Position numbers and translations under genes: made by a program | In this document: one piece after another, positions 50,853 through 62,329 of the stretch | Layout: every line of letters starts with the position of its first letter | Numbering within the stretch: position 1 is the first letter of the stretch | The notes under the pieces: generated by a model | What the model saw: the letters and a program-made list of their open reading frames with translations, nothing else | The model's database searches: none | What the model was told of the DNA's origin: nothing | Source: Spirochaetia bacterium | Lineage (GTDB): Bacteria > Spirochaetota > Spirochaetia > SP-2023 | Assembly: GCA_965263295.1 (NCBI GenBank) | Contig: OZ253665.1 | Coordinates: 1,568,001-1,632,000 of the forward strand | Reading direction: 5' to 3' | Length of the DNA: 64,000 nt

Positions 50853-52769
50853 CTACTGTGCCAGCGACTGTCGCGACGCCGGTTTTCCTTCAACTTGCTT
50901 ATATTTTTCAGGGACCTTCATCAAATAATGGAACCAGACTCGCCGCTTTTTATAGTTTTCCCAGACTTCTTCGTAAGTCTCGTTGGCAAAAACTCCCCGG
51001 TAAATGATGTCGGCAGCACGAGGTGCCCACCAGTCGTAGCTTTCTCCCGGAGCACTGGGGTCTGCTTCCACATGAGTGACGACAACCAACCGTTCTAGCG
51101 GATCGTCGGTTTCGTAAGGGCCATAGGACGCAAACCAGGAGTCCCAGCTATCAGAGAGACCCATCTGCGCCGTTCCCGTCTTCGCGGCGATGTCTACAAC
51201 ACCGTTGTAGACGCTGCCGCGCGCGGTACCACGCAATACTACCTGGCGCATGCCATATTTGATTTGCCGGAAAACGCTGCTTTCTAGCTGCATGTCGTAT
51301 AATATCTCTGGTCTCGACACACTCTCTTCTGAGCCATCTTTACGATATTGATTGTGAATTTTCTGCAACAATGAAGGTTTATAGGCCACCCCATCGTTGA
51401 CAATGGCCGAAGTATATACAGCCACCTGCAATGGAGTCACCAACATAAAACCTTGTCCAATAGAAATATTCAGAGTGTCGCCCTGAGTCCACACCTGATT
51501 GTACTTCTGGTACTTCCACTCCGCGCTGGGCACCAAACCGGGCTTCTCGCCAGGCAAATCAACCTCCGTCAGTTGTCCAAAACCATACTTACGCGCATAT
51601 TTGGTAATATTGGCCTCGCCGACGTAGCGCACGCCGACCACACCAAAATATACATTGTTTGAATCAGCAATCGCATCAATCAAGTTTTCATTGCCATGCC
51701 CCCCCCGCAACCAAGAATGAAAAAGGCGATTACCGAGCTGCCAATAGCCGGGATCGAAAATATACTCTTTGGGAGAAAAACTGTGTTCGGCCAACATAGC
51801 CGTAGCTACTACCAACTTGAAGCTCGAAGCTGGCGGATATTCCGACTGAATGGCACGGTTAAGCAACGGCCTGCGCGGGTCATTGACGATGTCCTGGAAG
51901 CGCCTACTACTGCTGAAATCCGCAAGCTGGAACCAAGGTTTAGATACCATCGCCAGGATTTCGCCCGTTGCCGGACGCATCACGACCACACTGCCGACAT
52001 GATCGCCCAGGGCTTGCTCCGCAAGTTTCTGGATGCGACGATCAATAGATAAGGTAAGTGAAGAACCGGTTTTCGGCGGATCAATGCGCTCATCCAGCAT
52101 ATTTCCCTTCGCATCCACCACCTGAATACGGCTGCCGTCATAACCGCGCAATATCGTATCGTAATACTGCTCAATGCCAGTTTTACCAATACGAGTGTTT
52201 TTTTGGTACTGATCGTTGTACAAGACCTCCAGCTCGCGATCGGAAATCTCCCCCACGTAGCCGACAACGTGAATGATTGAACCATCATCAATCAGATTGC
52301 GCTCAGGACGACTCGTGTAACTGACGCCCAATAAACGATCACGGCGCTCGGCAATCTGCTTGATCACATCTATATGAACGTCGCGCTTGAGCTGAATAGG
52401 TTGCGGCAAGTTTCTACTCCCACTGACTTCGACCTCCAGCTTGCTGCGGTCAATATCAAGCACTTGTGCCAGCAAATCCAACTCATCGGCAAGCTGGGCA
52501 GAAGGTACATGGGCAGGTGTTAGGTAGACCGTAAAAACATCAATGTTGTCGACTATTGGAGTCTGATCATCATTGTAATAAATCAGGCCGCGCTTGGCAC
52601 TCAGCCGTTCTGGACGTTCTGTTATCTGCACGGCCTCCGAAGCGTAGGTATCGCCTTCAAAAATCTGCAAACTGAATAACTTAACAAACCATATAATAAA
52701 AAATAAAGCTATAATCGCTATATATATCAAATAACGAAGTTCAGCAATATCCAACTTAGACTGAGCCAT
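50853..52769 (-). CDS. mrdA: Penicillin-binding protein 2
   Basis: KRGLI, GKTGIE, YPPASSFK (SxxK), SNN (SxN), KTGTAQ. Confidence 0.95.
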   Translation of the reverse strand: MAQSKLDIAELRYLIYIAIIALFFIIWFVKLFSLQIFEGDTYASEAVQITERPERLSAKRGLIYYNDDQTPIVDNIDVFTVYLTPAHVPSAQLADELDLLAQVLDIDRSKLEVEVSGSRNLPQPIQLKRDVHIDVIKQIAERRDRLLGVSYTSRPERNLIDDGSIIHVVGYVGEISDRELEVLYNDQYQKNTRIGKTGIEQYYDTILRGYDGSRIQVVDAKGNMLDERIDPPKTGSSLTLSIDRRIQKLAEQALGDHVGSVVVMRPATGEILAMVSKPWFQLADFSSSRRFQDIVNDPRRPLLNRAIQSEYPPASSFKLVVATAMLAEHSFSPKEYIFDPGYWQLGNRLFHSWLRGGHGNENLIDAIADSNNVYFGVVGVRYVGEANITKYARKYGFGQLTEVDLPGEKPGLVPSAEWKYQKYNQVWTQGDTLNISIGQGFMLVTPLQVAVYTSAIVNDGVAYKPSLLQKIHNQYRKDGSEESVSRPEILYDMQLESSVFRQIKYGMRQVVLRGTARGSVYNGVVDIAAKTGTAQMGLSDSWDSWFASYGPYETDDPLERLVVVTHVEADPSAPGESYDWWAPRAADIIYRGVFANETYEEVWENYKKRRVWFHYLMKVPEKYKQVEGKPASRQSLAQ

Positions 52770-53289
52770 GCCACTCCCAGCGACTGAGAAGTTTACGCAA
52801 TAAAGGATTCATTAAAAAACACAACAAGGCCGAGTAAATGGTACTTAAAAAGATCTGTAAAAATTCCAGCAAACTAGGTAGATAGGCATTTACAAATACC
52901 AGTTTCAAAGCAACGCTGCCCAGGCCCCACAGGAGTGTGGCAATTGCCGTGCAAATTACGAGCAGTAAAGTGCTGGGTGCTTTGAAGCGATCGTAAAACA
53001 GACGCCCCATGACAAAAGCCATACAACAAAGTAGTATGGGATATACGCCTTGAGGCAATCCAGTATCAATTTCTGTAACCCCCCAAACAATTCCGACAAA
53101 GAAACCCAAACCTTCAGCTAATACAGAGCCGGTCGCTGTGGCCAAGATAAGCAATGTAATGATGGGCAACAGAGGTTCGCCAATCAGGTAGCTGCCCAGA
53201 GGGACCATGAACAACTGCTGTAATATCACGCTGCTAAACAAAATCGGGAAATACCACAAACGGTGCATTCTAATCGACTTTCGCGGCAT
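52756..53289 (-). CDS. mreD: Rod shape-determining protein MreD
   Basis: Small multi-TM protein (GFFVGI) between mreC and mrdA. Confidence 0.8.
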   Translation of the reverse strand: MPRKSIRMHRLWYFPILFSSVILQQLFMVPLGSYLIGEPLLPIITLLILATATGSVLAEGLGFFVGIVWGVTEIDTGLPQGVYPILLCCMAFVMGRLFYDRFKAPSTLLLVICTAIATLLWGLGSVALKLVFVNAYLPSLLEFLQIFLSTIYSALLCFLMNPLLRKLLSRWEWHGSV

Positions 53290-54307
53290 TGCGCAAAGTG
53301 CTTGCCTGATTGTCTGCCCGCTGATCCGTCCGGCTGTTTATCAAATGATTCGCTGCACTATTTATCCTGCTATTAACTAGGCTAATTGTATCAATTGGGG
53401 TATTCAGATCGCTCAGTTCACCAGCTTGAGGTGACGCCACACTGATTTCGTCCCCCTGAATCAACACCGCCACATACTCTATCTGGCTGAGTTCAACCAC
53501 AGGGTTAACTATTAAACTCAAGGAAGCGTTGTACTCCAGTTCCTCAACCTGTTGCACATAACCAATCGGAATACCACGCGGATACAGCGACTCCCTAGAA
53601 CCTGCACTGACAATCAGTTCTCCACTCTGGATACTATTGAGCGCCTGGCGATTGATAAAATCGAGACGATACTGGCGTCCGCTATTACTCAATATACCTT
53701 GAAAGCGAGAATCAGCCAACATCGCCGTGACCCCTAGTTGATAGTAACGATTTCCCAGACTAACCACGACAGACTGGCCTCTACCAACCGTCTGGATTTT
53801 GCCGATCAGGCCGTATTTGCCATTTGCAAAACCAATCACCGGAGCATCGCGATAAACTCCTTGTTCACGACCGACATCTATAGAAATTGAATCCTGCAGG
53901 GTGCTGCCCGAACGCGCGATAATCTCAGCGTTGACATGATGCCACTCAATGCTCTGACTCAACCCTAAAAGCTGACGTAAGCGCCGGTTTTCTCCAGCCT
54001 TACGCTTCAATTCGGCAAGTTGAGACTTTAATTGCCGGCGTTGAGTTTCGGCCTCACGATACATGTTTTCCCAGGAATTGAGACGGAAAGCCGTCTGCAC
54101 GGTAGCCAAGACTCTTTGGTTGCCCTCACGAAAAAACTGCAAGATCTTATCCATTGACAAACCGCCATATAATTCGAATGAGCGCCCGTAAGACTTCATG
54201 GCCGCCGGCGGCAACAGCAGGGCCGAAAACAAAATATAGCAAACAAATGGCACAATTGTCTTACGCTCTGTCTGCCCGACTGTGGTCCTCGACTGCAACT
54301 TATTCAT
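53270..54307 (-). CDS. mreC: Rod shape-determining protein MreC
   Basis: ENRRLRQLL, AEIIAR, IDVG...GV, GLIGKI, YPRGIPIG. Confidence 0.92.
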   Translation of the reverse strand: MNKLQSRTTVGQTERKTIVPFVCYILFSALLLPPAAMKSYGRSFELYGGLSMDKILQFFREGNQRVLATVQTAFRLNSWENMYREAETQRRQLKSQLAELKRKAGENRRLRQLLGLSQSIEWHHVNAEIIARSGSTLQDSISIDVGREQGVYRDAPVIGFANGKYGLIGKIQTVGRGQSVVVSLGNRYYQLGVTAMLADSRFQGILSNSGRQYRLDFINRQALNSIQSGELIVSAGSRESLYPRGIPIGYVQQVEELEYNASLSLIVNPVVELSQIEYVAVLIQGDEISVASPQAGELSDLNTPIDTISLVNSRINSAANHLINSRTDQRADNQASTLRNAAKVD

Positions 54308-54530
54308 TCGTGCTTACCCAGAAATAAAAAAGAATACCTATCAATTCTAACAATAGCCAATGGACCGGGCTTGGGAGAAAAACTACGCAAATGCCAAGCC
54401 CAGCAATGGCCCCAAATTCTCAAGACGCCCATTTACCGCACTCTGTCAACGGCGGACAAGAAATATCAGGAGAATTATTACTAGGGCAACCCAATGGCAT
54501 TGCCCACCAAATCCGAGACCTTATCCCGAA

Positions 54531-55535
54531 CTAATAGCCCTTCTTCTGGTTAATCTCATGGTAGCGCCCGGCCCCGATAGCCACACAAAGCAGGGGCTCG
54601 TTAGCCAACAATACGGGAACCCCGGTTTCCTTGGCGATCAAACGCGACAAACCTTTGAGCATCGCCCCTCCGCCGGTCAAGACAATACCGCGATCAATGA
54701 TGTCCGCCCCCAACTCTGGCGGCGTGTCCGAAAATGTGCGTTTGATCCACTCGACAATAATGTTGACCGGGTCCTTAATCGCCTCACGAATTTCTACAGA
54801 ATCAACTTCAAGACGACGCGGCAAACCAGTAATGGCATCCGTACCCTTAATCTCCATTTTCTCAATGGTGCTCTCAAGAAAAGCATTGCCAATCTTAATC
54901 TTTAGGGCTTCCGCCGTCTGCTCACCAATAGTGAGGTTATGAACGCTCCGGATGTGTTTTACAATGGCTTCGTCAAACTCGTCGCCGCCGATGCGGATAG
55001 CGTTGCTGACAACCAGATCGCCCAGCGATACGACAGAAACTTCGGTAGTCCCGCCACCGATGTCACAAACCATATGCCCAGCTGGTTCATTGATCGGAAT
55101 ATCCGCGCCAATAGCTGCGCACAAAGACTCATACACACATTCAACCTTGCTGACACCGGCGCGAGTGGCACTATCTTCTACCGCTTTGCGTTCCACTTCA
55201 GTAATACAGTAGGGAACACCGATCACCACGCGAGGCTGGACCAATCGGCGCGAAGAAATGGTGCGATCAAGAAAATACTTAATCATGACTTCAGTCAAGT
55301 CAAGCTTGGCAATCACACCATCACGCAGTGGGCGAATTGCCTGGATTTTACTGGGGGTACGTCCCAGAATACGTTTGGCTTCTTCTCCAACCGCCACCAC
55401 TTGATTCGTGCCCCGTTCAACGGCCACCACGGATGGTTCGGCGCAAACTATACCACGACCACGAACATAAATCAAGGTATTACATGTACCTAAGTCAATA
55501 CCAATATCAATCGACAAATTGCTAAACAGCCCCAC
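54531..55535 (-). CDS. mreB: Rod shape-determining protein MreB
   Basis: IGIDLGTCNT, EPSVVA, IRPLRDGVIA, DIGGGTTEV, LTGGGA. Confidence 0.97.
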   Translation of the reverse strand: MGLFSNLSIDIGIDLGTCNTLIYVRGRGIVCAEPSVVAVERGTNQVVAVGEEAKRILGRTPSKIQAIRPLRDGVIAKLDLTEVMIKYFLDRTISSRRLVQPRVVIGVPYCITEVERKAVEDSATRAGVSKVECVYESLCAAIGADIPINEPAGHMVCDIGGGTTEVSVVSLGDLVVSNAIRIGGDEFDEAIVKHIRSVHNLTIGEQTAEALKIKIGNAFLESTIEKMEIKGTDAITGLPRRLEVDSVEIREAIKDPVNIIVEWIKRTFSDTPPELGADIIDRGIVLTGGGAMLKGLSRLIAKETGVPVLLANEPLLCVAIGAGRYHEINQKKGY

Positions 55536-55544
55536 TCTCTACTC

Positions 55545-56447
55545 CTATTCCTGCAAGCGCTGGTATGCCGCTCTATATTGATCGTCCAACTCCAGAGTCA
55601 GCCGCCATTCCTTGCGTGCCTGCACAGGGTTATTCAAAGCCCGGTACACTTCACCCAAAAGGAAATGCGCATCGGCCGACTCTTTTTTTTCCAGAGCTTC
55701 ATCAAGAGACAGCTTGGCATCCAGCCAGCGCCCCATATTGTAGTAAACTTGTGCCAATTGCAAAAGAATATCTGCGACAAGTAGCTGATTTTGAGTATTT
55801 TTTTGTGCGTTTTTCAACATTATTTCAGCTTGCAGGTTTTCCCCCGCGCCAATCAGGCTCGTCCCGTAAGTCAAAAGAAAACGTCCCGAATTTTTGCCTG
55901 CCTGGTATAAACTCTGGAAATATTCAAGGCTTTGCTTGTCCTGTCCCAACTGATGATAAGCATCTGCGAGAAATTCAAAACTATCCTTGGCACTATAGCC
56001 TAACTCTACAGACTTCTGCAGGTATACCAATGACAAAGACATTGTAGAAAATCCCTGATAAAAGTAGCTTTTACCCAAAATATAATCTATTTCAGCTATT
56101 ACATTTTTATTAGGGTGACCAGCGACCAAGGCTTTGCGCAGATAACGAACCGCCAGCCTCAGCTTCAGCTGACGTTCGTGCTCATCAACCTGAGCTAAAG
56201 CCAGATAAAAATAAGTATAACCACTATAACGTAGCAGTTGAAAATTCAGTGAATCTTTGCGCAATTTTTCAAGCGTAATTTGAATGATCTTGTCTAGCTC
56301 GCCTCGCTCCCACAAGGCTTCAATTTCCGCGCCTTCAGCCTGATTCACTTCCTGAAACATATTATAGTAACCCCAAGCCAAAGCCACAAAACCAGAAAAT
56401 GCCAGAATCAAGAACATGATCAGAAATGTCTCGCGCGCGTTATTCAC
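55545..56447 (-). CDS. Membrane-anchored TPR protein
   Basis: N-terminal TM; TPR motifs YILGKSYF and AHFLLGEVY...ARKEWR; upstream of mreB as in other spirochetes. Confidence 0.82.
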   Translation of the reverse strand: MNNARETFLIMFLILAFSGFVALAWGYYNMFQEVNQAEGAEIEALWERGELDKIIQITLEKLRKDSLNFQLLRYSGYTYFYLALAQVDEHERQLKLRLAVRYLRKALVAGHPNKNVIAEIDYILGKSYFYQGFSTMSLSLVYLQKSVELGYSAKDSFEFLADAYHQLGQDKQSLEYFQSLYQAGKNSGRFLLTYGTSLIGAGENLQAEIMLKNAQKNTQNQLLVADILLQLAQVYYNMGRWLDAKLSLDEALEKKESADAHFLLGEVYRALNNPVQARKEWRLTLELDDQYRAAYQRLQE

Positions 56448-56569
56448 TGAACATTTCCTAGTCTAACTTGTACAAGTCCTGTGTTAAGACTTCTTGAATG
56501 TTTATGACTGGTCATAACCTTCTGGCAATTGAGAAGCTTGTTAAAGCAACTCCCGTGTAAAAAATAAAA

Positions 56570-56949
56570 GGGCAGCCCCATAAGCCGGATTCTGTTCTAT
56601 CCTATCATTTATCTAGCCTGACTGTCGCCAGCCAGATCGAGCAATCTACCCATAATGGTAACAGACGAGAAGCCCCATTATTGCTTGATTTTGCTTCAGA
56701 TGAGGTTTACCCTGCCCCGACCCTGTCGCCAAGGGGGCGGTGCGCTCTTACCGCACCATTTCACCCTTACCTGACGCTTCAGTTTACTCCGCAAACTCAA
56801 TCGCCAGGCGGTATATTTTCTGTGGCACTTTCTCTCAAAGCCGCCGGCAGAACCGGCACAGCCCCGTCTGGGAACTACCCAGCATCTCTCTCTGCGAAGC
56901 CCGGACTTTCCTCTGTATCAATTAATACAGCGATAGGTCGGACTGCCCC
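56570..56949 (-). ncRNA. rnpB: RNase P RNA (bacterial type A)
   Basis: Minus strand GAGGAAAGTCCGGGCT, GAAAGTGCCACAGAAA, GGTAAACCTC, AACAGAATCCGGCTTA; terminal helix GGGCAG/CTGCCC. Confidence 0.96.
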
Positions 56950-56970
56950 AAATTTTTAAATTCTCAACCC

Positions 56971-57792
56971 TCAATCAAAATCAGCGAAATCGCTGTCATC
57001 GACCAAGTCCGCCAGACCCTCCACATCATCTTGGCAACTACTATCGTAATCAAGTACGCCCGTGCCCACTTTTTCACCTGCGGCAACAGCCTCATCATAG
57101 AAGAGGATACGGCTACAGTATGGGCAGAAATGCACATCTTCGCTAGAACGCACATCGTTCATAAACTGGCGCGGCAGGATCATGAAGCAGCCACTACAGA
57201 TGCCCTGTGAGATCGGCACAATGCCCTGACCACCCTTACTGCGCAAAATACGGTCAAACTTGTATAACATTTCCTGATCCATATCGGGCGCAATATTCTT
57301 CTCCTTATTTTCCAAAACCGCAATTTCTTTAAGCTTTTCTTCCATCATGTTTTCGATACGCAATTTCTCATCGGCCACTTCCGCTTCCTGTAGATTGATG
57401 ATATCTTCTTCCGACTTGAGCTGCTCCCTCAGCTCTTGCCCTTTACCCTCAAGGCTTTGGATGCGGCGGCGCAATGTCAACTCCTGCGCACTATATTCGA
57501 CAATTTCTTTATCTAGGGCTTCATACTCGCGCTGAGTCTTAATTTGATCCATGCGCTGCTCGGCTTCTAGGCGCAACTGCTCAATGTGGCCAAAATCATT
57601 GCGCAACTGGGCAATCTCGTGCTGATTCGCCTCGTAATCACGATTTGAGTCGATAAACTTCTTCTTCTGGCGACTAAGCATCTCTTCCCTCATTTTCAGG
57701 CTGCGGGGAATATCCTCTAGTTCATTTTCCAGTTGGTATTTACTGGACAAAACATTTTGCAGTTCCTGCAGTGTGACAAATACTTCCTTCAT
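56971..57792 (-). CDS. Coiled-coil plus C4 zinc-ribbon protein (DUF164/CT398-like)
   Basis: REYEALDKEI coiled coil; CSGCFMILP...FCPYCSRILF; ATG 57792. Confidence 0.88.
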   Translation of the reverse strand: MKEVFVTLQELQNVLSSKYQLENELEDIPRSLKMREEMLSRQKKKFIDSNRDYEANQHEIAQLRNDFGHIEQLRLEAEQRMDQIKTQREYEALDKEIVEYSAQELTLRRRIQSLEGKGQELREQLKSEEDIINLQEAEVADEKLRIENMMEEKLKEIAVLENKEKNIAPDMDQEMLYKFDRILRSKGGQGIVPISQGICSGCFMILPRQFMNDVRSSEDVHFCPYCSRILFYDEAVAAGEKVGTGVLDYDSSCQDDVEGLADLVDDSDFADFD

Positions 57793-57859
57793 TTGGCAAG
57801 TTCTCCTAATTTGTAGCTCTGCTGCGATACGCAAATTTAAAGCGGCTACATATTATACA

Positions 57860-59878
57860 CTATTCTTCCAAATAATCAAAGAGCCGGCGAGAACGCCGTT
57901 TAGCCCTCAAGCGCTTGAGGCTTTTCGCCTCAATCTGACGAATACGTTCACGCGTCACTTTAAACATCAAACCCACTTCTTCCAAGGTCAAGGCATAACC
58001 ATCCTTCAGGCCAAAACGCATCTTGATCACCTCACGTTCGCGCTCTGGCAAAGTTTTCAAGGTATCATCCAGTTGCTCTTTTAGGGCCTGATAGGCCGTC
58101 TCGGCAGACGGATTTACAATCGACTTGTCTTCAATGAAGTCTCCCAAGTTTGAATCTTCATCGTCGCCAATCGGTGTCTCCAGTGAAATGGGCTCTCGGG
58201 CCACGCTCTTGACGCTCTTTACGCGCTTGACTTGCCAGCCCAGGCGTTCGGCAATTTCTTCATCTGTCGGTTCGCAGCCCTTAATCTGTAGCAGCTGTCG
58301 AGACTCACGCACCACTTTGTTAATCTGCTCAATCATATGTACGGGCACGCGGATGGTGCGAGCCTGATCGGAGATAGAACGGGTGATGGCCTGGCGAATC
58401 CACCAGGTGGCGTAGGTAGAAAACTTGAAACCCTTAGAATATTCAAATTTTTCCACCGCTTTAATCAGACCGATATTCCCCTCTTGTACCAGGTCAAAAA
58501 AGTGTAGGCCACGGTTGGTATACTTTTTGGCAATGCTGACCACCAAGCGCAGGTTCGCGCGAATCAAGTGGTCTTTGGCACTTCTCATCATGCGTGAGCC
58601 ATCATTGACCTCATCGGCCATCTCAAGTATTTCCGTCGTCCTGCTCTCCAGTTCAATTTCAATATAGCGCAAATTCTGATCCGTAATCTGCACCTGGCGG
58701 ATCAAATCTTTTATCTGATTCGCATCCAGCTCCAACTCTTTCTCCAGGACACGACACCGGCTGCCATTGGCCAAACGTCGGCCCAGCTGTCTCAGTTCAT
58801 CGCGATTGCAGATCTGCAGCCGTTGCTCAATCTTGCGCCGCTCCACACGGTACTTCTCAATACGCCGCGCCGAGCTGACAAACTTTTCGGCAAAATAGAT
58901 GATTTCTTCCTGATGGATATCCATTTGCATTATGGGCTTGAGGAGCTGAGCGCGTTTTACCTTCAGCCTTTCGTCGCTAAAAATATCGCCGCCCTCACGA
59001 ATAATGGACATCTTGAGTTCCATGTAACTCTTGAGTTGGCCGGCAATAGTTCGCAACGGCTCCTTGTAATACTGGTTGAGGCGGCGCTTTTCCGTAAAAA
59101 ACTCCGAATTACTGCCATCCTTGTCGCTCTCAAGGTTTTCTTCCTCAATATGGCTCTTCTTGGCAAAGGCCTTCTGCGCCAGGCTGTAAAACTCAGGGAT
59201 AATCATGCCCGAACGTTTGAGCACATTCTTGATAATATTTTCACCTTCCTCCATCTTCTTGGAAAGTTCTACTTCCTGCTCGGCACGCAGCAGAGGCACC
59301 TTGCCGATCTCGCGCAAATACAAACGGATTGGATCGTCGACATTGCCTTCACCGCGATTGTCAATCAGGCGCTGGACGACGTTATTTGCCTGGCCATCTC
59401 CTTCCTCCTCGCTCTCAGCTGCGTCATCGGCATCGTTTTCGCCTTCATCCTCATCAATTTCAGGATCTTCGTAATCGTAAAATTTTTCGGACTTGATATC
59501 ATGGCTGAGTCGATCGGCATACTCCACCGTAACCTCCTCATCCCCCTCCAAAGAAGGCCCGAGCGAAGGCCCATGAGAAGCAAAAGGCAAAGAATTATCG
59601 TCATCCAGATCATCTTCTAGGTCGTTGTCAAGGTCGGCTTCCAGGTCGATCTCATGGTCCTCAAACTCTTCCAGCTGCAACAGTTCCTCGCCCCCTTCGA
59701 CTTCGACATTGATGCCCTTCTTTTCCAAAAAGGTCAATAAGTCTTCCATGCGCTCACTGTCAAAGTCATCTGGCAACACGGCTTCCAGTTCGCCATACGT
59801 CAAATGGCCAGACTCAATGCCCTTCTCAAGCAGAGCAGCCAAATTAGGGATTTTCAAAAGCTCTTCTTCTGTCATCAT
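57860..59878 (-). CDS. rpoD: RNA polymerase primary sigma factor
   Basis: [52 protein letters not shown]. Confidence 0.98.
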   Translation of the reverse strand: MMTEEELLKIPNLAALLEKGIESGHLTYGELEAVLPDDFDSERMEDLLTFLEKKGINVEVEGGEELLQLEEFEDHEIDLEADLDNDLEDDLDDDNSLPFASHGPSLGPSLEGDEEVTVEYADRLSHDIKSEKFYDYEDPEIDEDEGENDADDAAESEEEGDGQANNVVQRLIDNRGEGNVDDPIRLYLREIGKVPLLRAEQEVELSKKMEEGENIIKNVLKRSGMIIPEFYSLAQKAFAKKSHIEEENLESDKDGSNSEFFTEKRRLNQYYKEPLRTIAGQLKSYMELKMSIIREGGDIFSDERLKVKRAQLLKPIMQMDIHQEEIIYFAEKFVSSARRIEKYRVERRKIEQRLQICNRDELRQLGRRLANGSRCRVLEKELELDANQIKDLIRQVQITDQNLRYIEIELESRTTEILEMADEVNDGSRMMRSAKDHLIRANLRLVVSIAKKYTNRGLHFFDLVQEGNIGLIKAVEKFEYSKGFKFSTYATWWIRQAITRSISDQARTIRVPVHMIEQINKVVRESRQLLQIKGCEPTDEEIAERLGWQVKRVKSVKSVAREPISLETPIGDDEDSNLGDFIEDKSIVNPSAETAYQALKEQLDDTLKTLPEREREVIKMRFGLKDGYALTLEEVGLMFKVTRERIRQIEAKSLKRLRAKRRSRRLFDYLEE

Positions 59879-59942
59879 TGCACCTTAATCAAATATTTTG
59901 CTTGTCGATATTTGCGATACGGACAAGCCTCCGAAGTCACCC

Positions 59943-59987
59943 CGGCAAATATTGGCAAACATCAGCAAACATCGGCAAATACAGGCA
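59943..59987. repeat. Degenerate 10-bp tandem repeat upstream of rpoD
   Basis: CGGCAAATAT TGGCAAACAT CAGCAAACAT CGGCAAATAC AGGCA. Confidence 0.8.
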
Positions 59988-60295
59988 TTGCCAGACATAG
60001 ACCACGGTCCGCAAGCTAATTCTAATTTCACAAATTTTTTGCATACTCATGCGGCGCGGACGACAAGGTCACCAAAGTTCTTCACAATAGTCAATTTGAG
60101 TTGGGAAAATGCTCGGTATTCTTTTTCAATACGAAACTTAATTTTGCATGTAAAAAACGCGGAAACGGAAATTTTGATCTCTTCGTCTTTTACCAATTTT
60201 TCCAGAGAGGTGTTCCAAAGCTTATTCACTGGCTCAAATAATAATGAAATAAAAAATTAAACCCAAGGTCGTTCAAGATAATTTCTTTAACAGTT

Positions 60296-62329
60296 TCATA
60301 ACTTCGGCATCTGGCCAGAACGACTTGAGCGCTGAATTTCCCGCTGTAGCTTTTGCATCGCCTCACGAAGCTGTAGCAGCTGCCGATCTAGTCCTTGCAT
60401 TTCCCCCAGCAGTTCAAACTGCAGGCCGGGCCGGGAACCCTCGCGCTCCAAGGCTTGAATATGCCGAACGAGATTCTGGCGCCGTTGGCGCAGCCGGAAC
60501 TCCTGCAAACCACAGAATTTGTGCTGTAAAATAGCCCGGCGGTATGAGGCAAGTTCATACCCCTCGGGGTCCTCCACATTGCCGTAAAGCAAGGGCTCTA
60601 GTTTTTTTTGCAGCAGCCACTCGCCCAGTTCGGGCGCCCGACGACTGACGCGATCACAGAGGGTTTCAAAATTAAAGTCTTGCTCCGTGCAAGCTTGATC
60701 CAGGAGTTGCTTGATCAGAAGGGCCTCCTCGCTTACCCAGTCCCATTGCGACTCGGCAAGTTTCCGCTGCCATTCTGGATAGAGGTCGGCCTGGAGCAAC
60801 AAGCTGGCCCAAAACTCAAGTTCAGCTTGGAGGCTTTGCTGTTCTGCGCTCAACGCCCCGCCGGCGGCCCCCGTTTTCCAGCGTTGGCGGGGCTGCCGGC
60901 CGGAGGGCACATCCCCCGCCTCAGAAGGGCTATTTTTGCGTTCCGCCTCATTTTTTATTTTCGTTTTGCCATCTTTGATTGCCACTTCAGACTTGGCATG
61001 GTTTAATTTCTGGGGCCGATACCGCCAAGCCTCATCAGCGGCCAGGACTTCTTGCTTGAGGCCAAAAATTTTGGCGAATTGGGCAATATAGAGCTCTCGG
61101 CGCAGCCCCTCCCTCATTTGGGACATAAAGGGCGCCAAGAATCGCAAGGCGGCGCTGACTCCGGTCAGTTCGTCCAAGGCAAACCGCTGCTCCAGGTCCT
61201 GGGCCAGGAAGCTAAAGAAATCCAGTGGAGACTGCGCCAAACTGCGCAAATCCGCGCCCCCCTCCCGTTGAAGTATATCGGCTGGATCGCGGCCCGGAGC
61301 CAAAGGGATGACCTGAGTGCTAATCTGTTCTTGCTCCAGCAGGAAGGCCGCCTTATAAATGGCTTTCTGCCCGGCGGCGTCACCGTCAAACGCCAAAATT
61401 ACGCGATCGCAGGCGTAACGCTTGAGTAATTTCGCCTGCCCGGCCGTGAATGCCGTGCCCAAAGGCGCGGCAGCATTGCCGATGCCCGCCTGATGCCAGG
61501 CGAGGACGTCCAGGTTGCCTTCGCAAAGGATCAAGCTGCGCGTGCGACGTAAAGTTTTCAAAGATTGAAACAGGCCAAAGAGGGATTCACTTTTGCGGTA
61601 AGCCGCAGATTCACGAGAATTGATATACTTAGGGACCGAATGTGGAATCTCGGTCGCCAGCTGGCGACCGCTAAAAGCGAGCACCCGTCCCTCGTGATCA
61701 AAGACGGGGAACATCAAACGCTGCCAGAACAGACACGCTTCTTCATTGCGCGTCGAAAATAAACCACTCTCGCGCAATATTTCGGCACTGTAGTTCTGGC
61801 GCCGCAGCCAGTGGTAAATGGCCTTTGAATCCTCTAGCGCATAACCCAGTTCAAACTGTTCGGCCATTTCGGGGCTGACGCCACGCCGCTCTAAATAATT
61901 GCGGGCGCTTTGCCCGCACTCGCTGCGCAAATTCTGGCGGAAACTTTTGTGAACTTGGGCGTAAAGACTATATAAAGCTTCAAGTTTTTTGCGCCCAGCC
62001 TGTCGCGCCTCGGCCTCGGCCGCGGTTTCCGCGCGCTCTGGCAAGGCAAATCCGCTGCGCTGCGCCAACTTGCGCAGGGCTTCGGGAAAACTCAAGGAAT
62101 CCAGTTTCATTACCAGGTTAATAGCATTGCCCTTTTCTTGGCAACCGAAACAATAAAAGCTTTTACGGTCAAGATTGATCGTAAAGGACGGCGTCTTTTC
62201 ATTGTGGAAGGGGCAACAGGCCCACCAGCGCCCGGCGCGGTTTTCCAGCCCGTCTACATAGTTGCGGACCAAGTCGAGCATATCGACGCGGTCGAGCAAT
62301 TGGCTAATAGTTTCGGGCGAATAACGCAT
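60296..62329 (-). CDS. dnaG: DNA primase
   Basis: CCPFHNEKTPSF..FYCFGC zinc finger; RLMFP; KYINS; CEGNLDV; FDGDAAG; DPAD. ATG 62329 chosen. Confidence 0.96.
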   Translation of the reverse strand: MRYSPETISQLLDRVDMLDLVRNYVDGLENRAGRWWACCPFHNEKTPSFTINLDRKSFYCFGCQEKGNAINLVMKLDSLSFPEALRKLAQRSGFALPERAETAAEAEARQAGRKKLEALYSLYAQVHKSFRQNLRSECGQSARNYLERRGVSPEMAEQFELGYALEDSKAIYHWLRRQNYSAEILRESGLFSTRNEEACLFWQRLMFPVFDHEGRVLAFSGRQLATEIPHSVPKYINSRESAAYRKSESLFGLFQSLKTLRRTRSLILCEGNLDVLAWHQAGIGNAAAPLGTAFTAGQAKLLKRYACDRVILAFDGDAAGQKAIYKAAFLLEQEQISTQVIPLAPGRDPADILQREGGADLRSLAQSPLDFFSFLAQDLEQRFALDELTGVSAALRFLAPFMSQMREGLRRELYIAQFAKIFGLKQEVLAADEAWRYRPQKLNHAKSEVAIKDGKTKIKNEAERKNSPSEAGDVPSGRQPRQRWKTGAAGGALSAEQQSLQAELEFWASLLLQADLYPEWQRKLAESQWDWVSEEALLIKQLLDQACTEQDFNFETLCDRVSRRAPELGEWLLQKKLEPLLYGNVEDPEGYELASYRRAILQHKFCGLQEFRLRQRRQNLVRHIQALEREGSRPGLQFELLGEMQGLDRQLLQLREAMQKLQREIQRSSRSGQMPKL

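Noticed and set aside
56681..56959. 92-aa and 61-aa plus-strand ORFs
   Set aside because: Antisense to RNase P RNA.
35713..59620. Long plus-strand ORFs opposite the ABC ATPase, valS, era, the TPR gene and rpoD
   Set aside because: Antisense frames of well-supported GC-rich genes, with no recognisable motifs.
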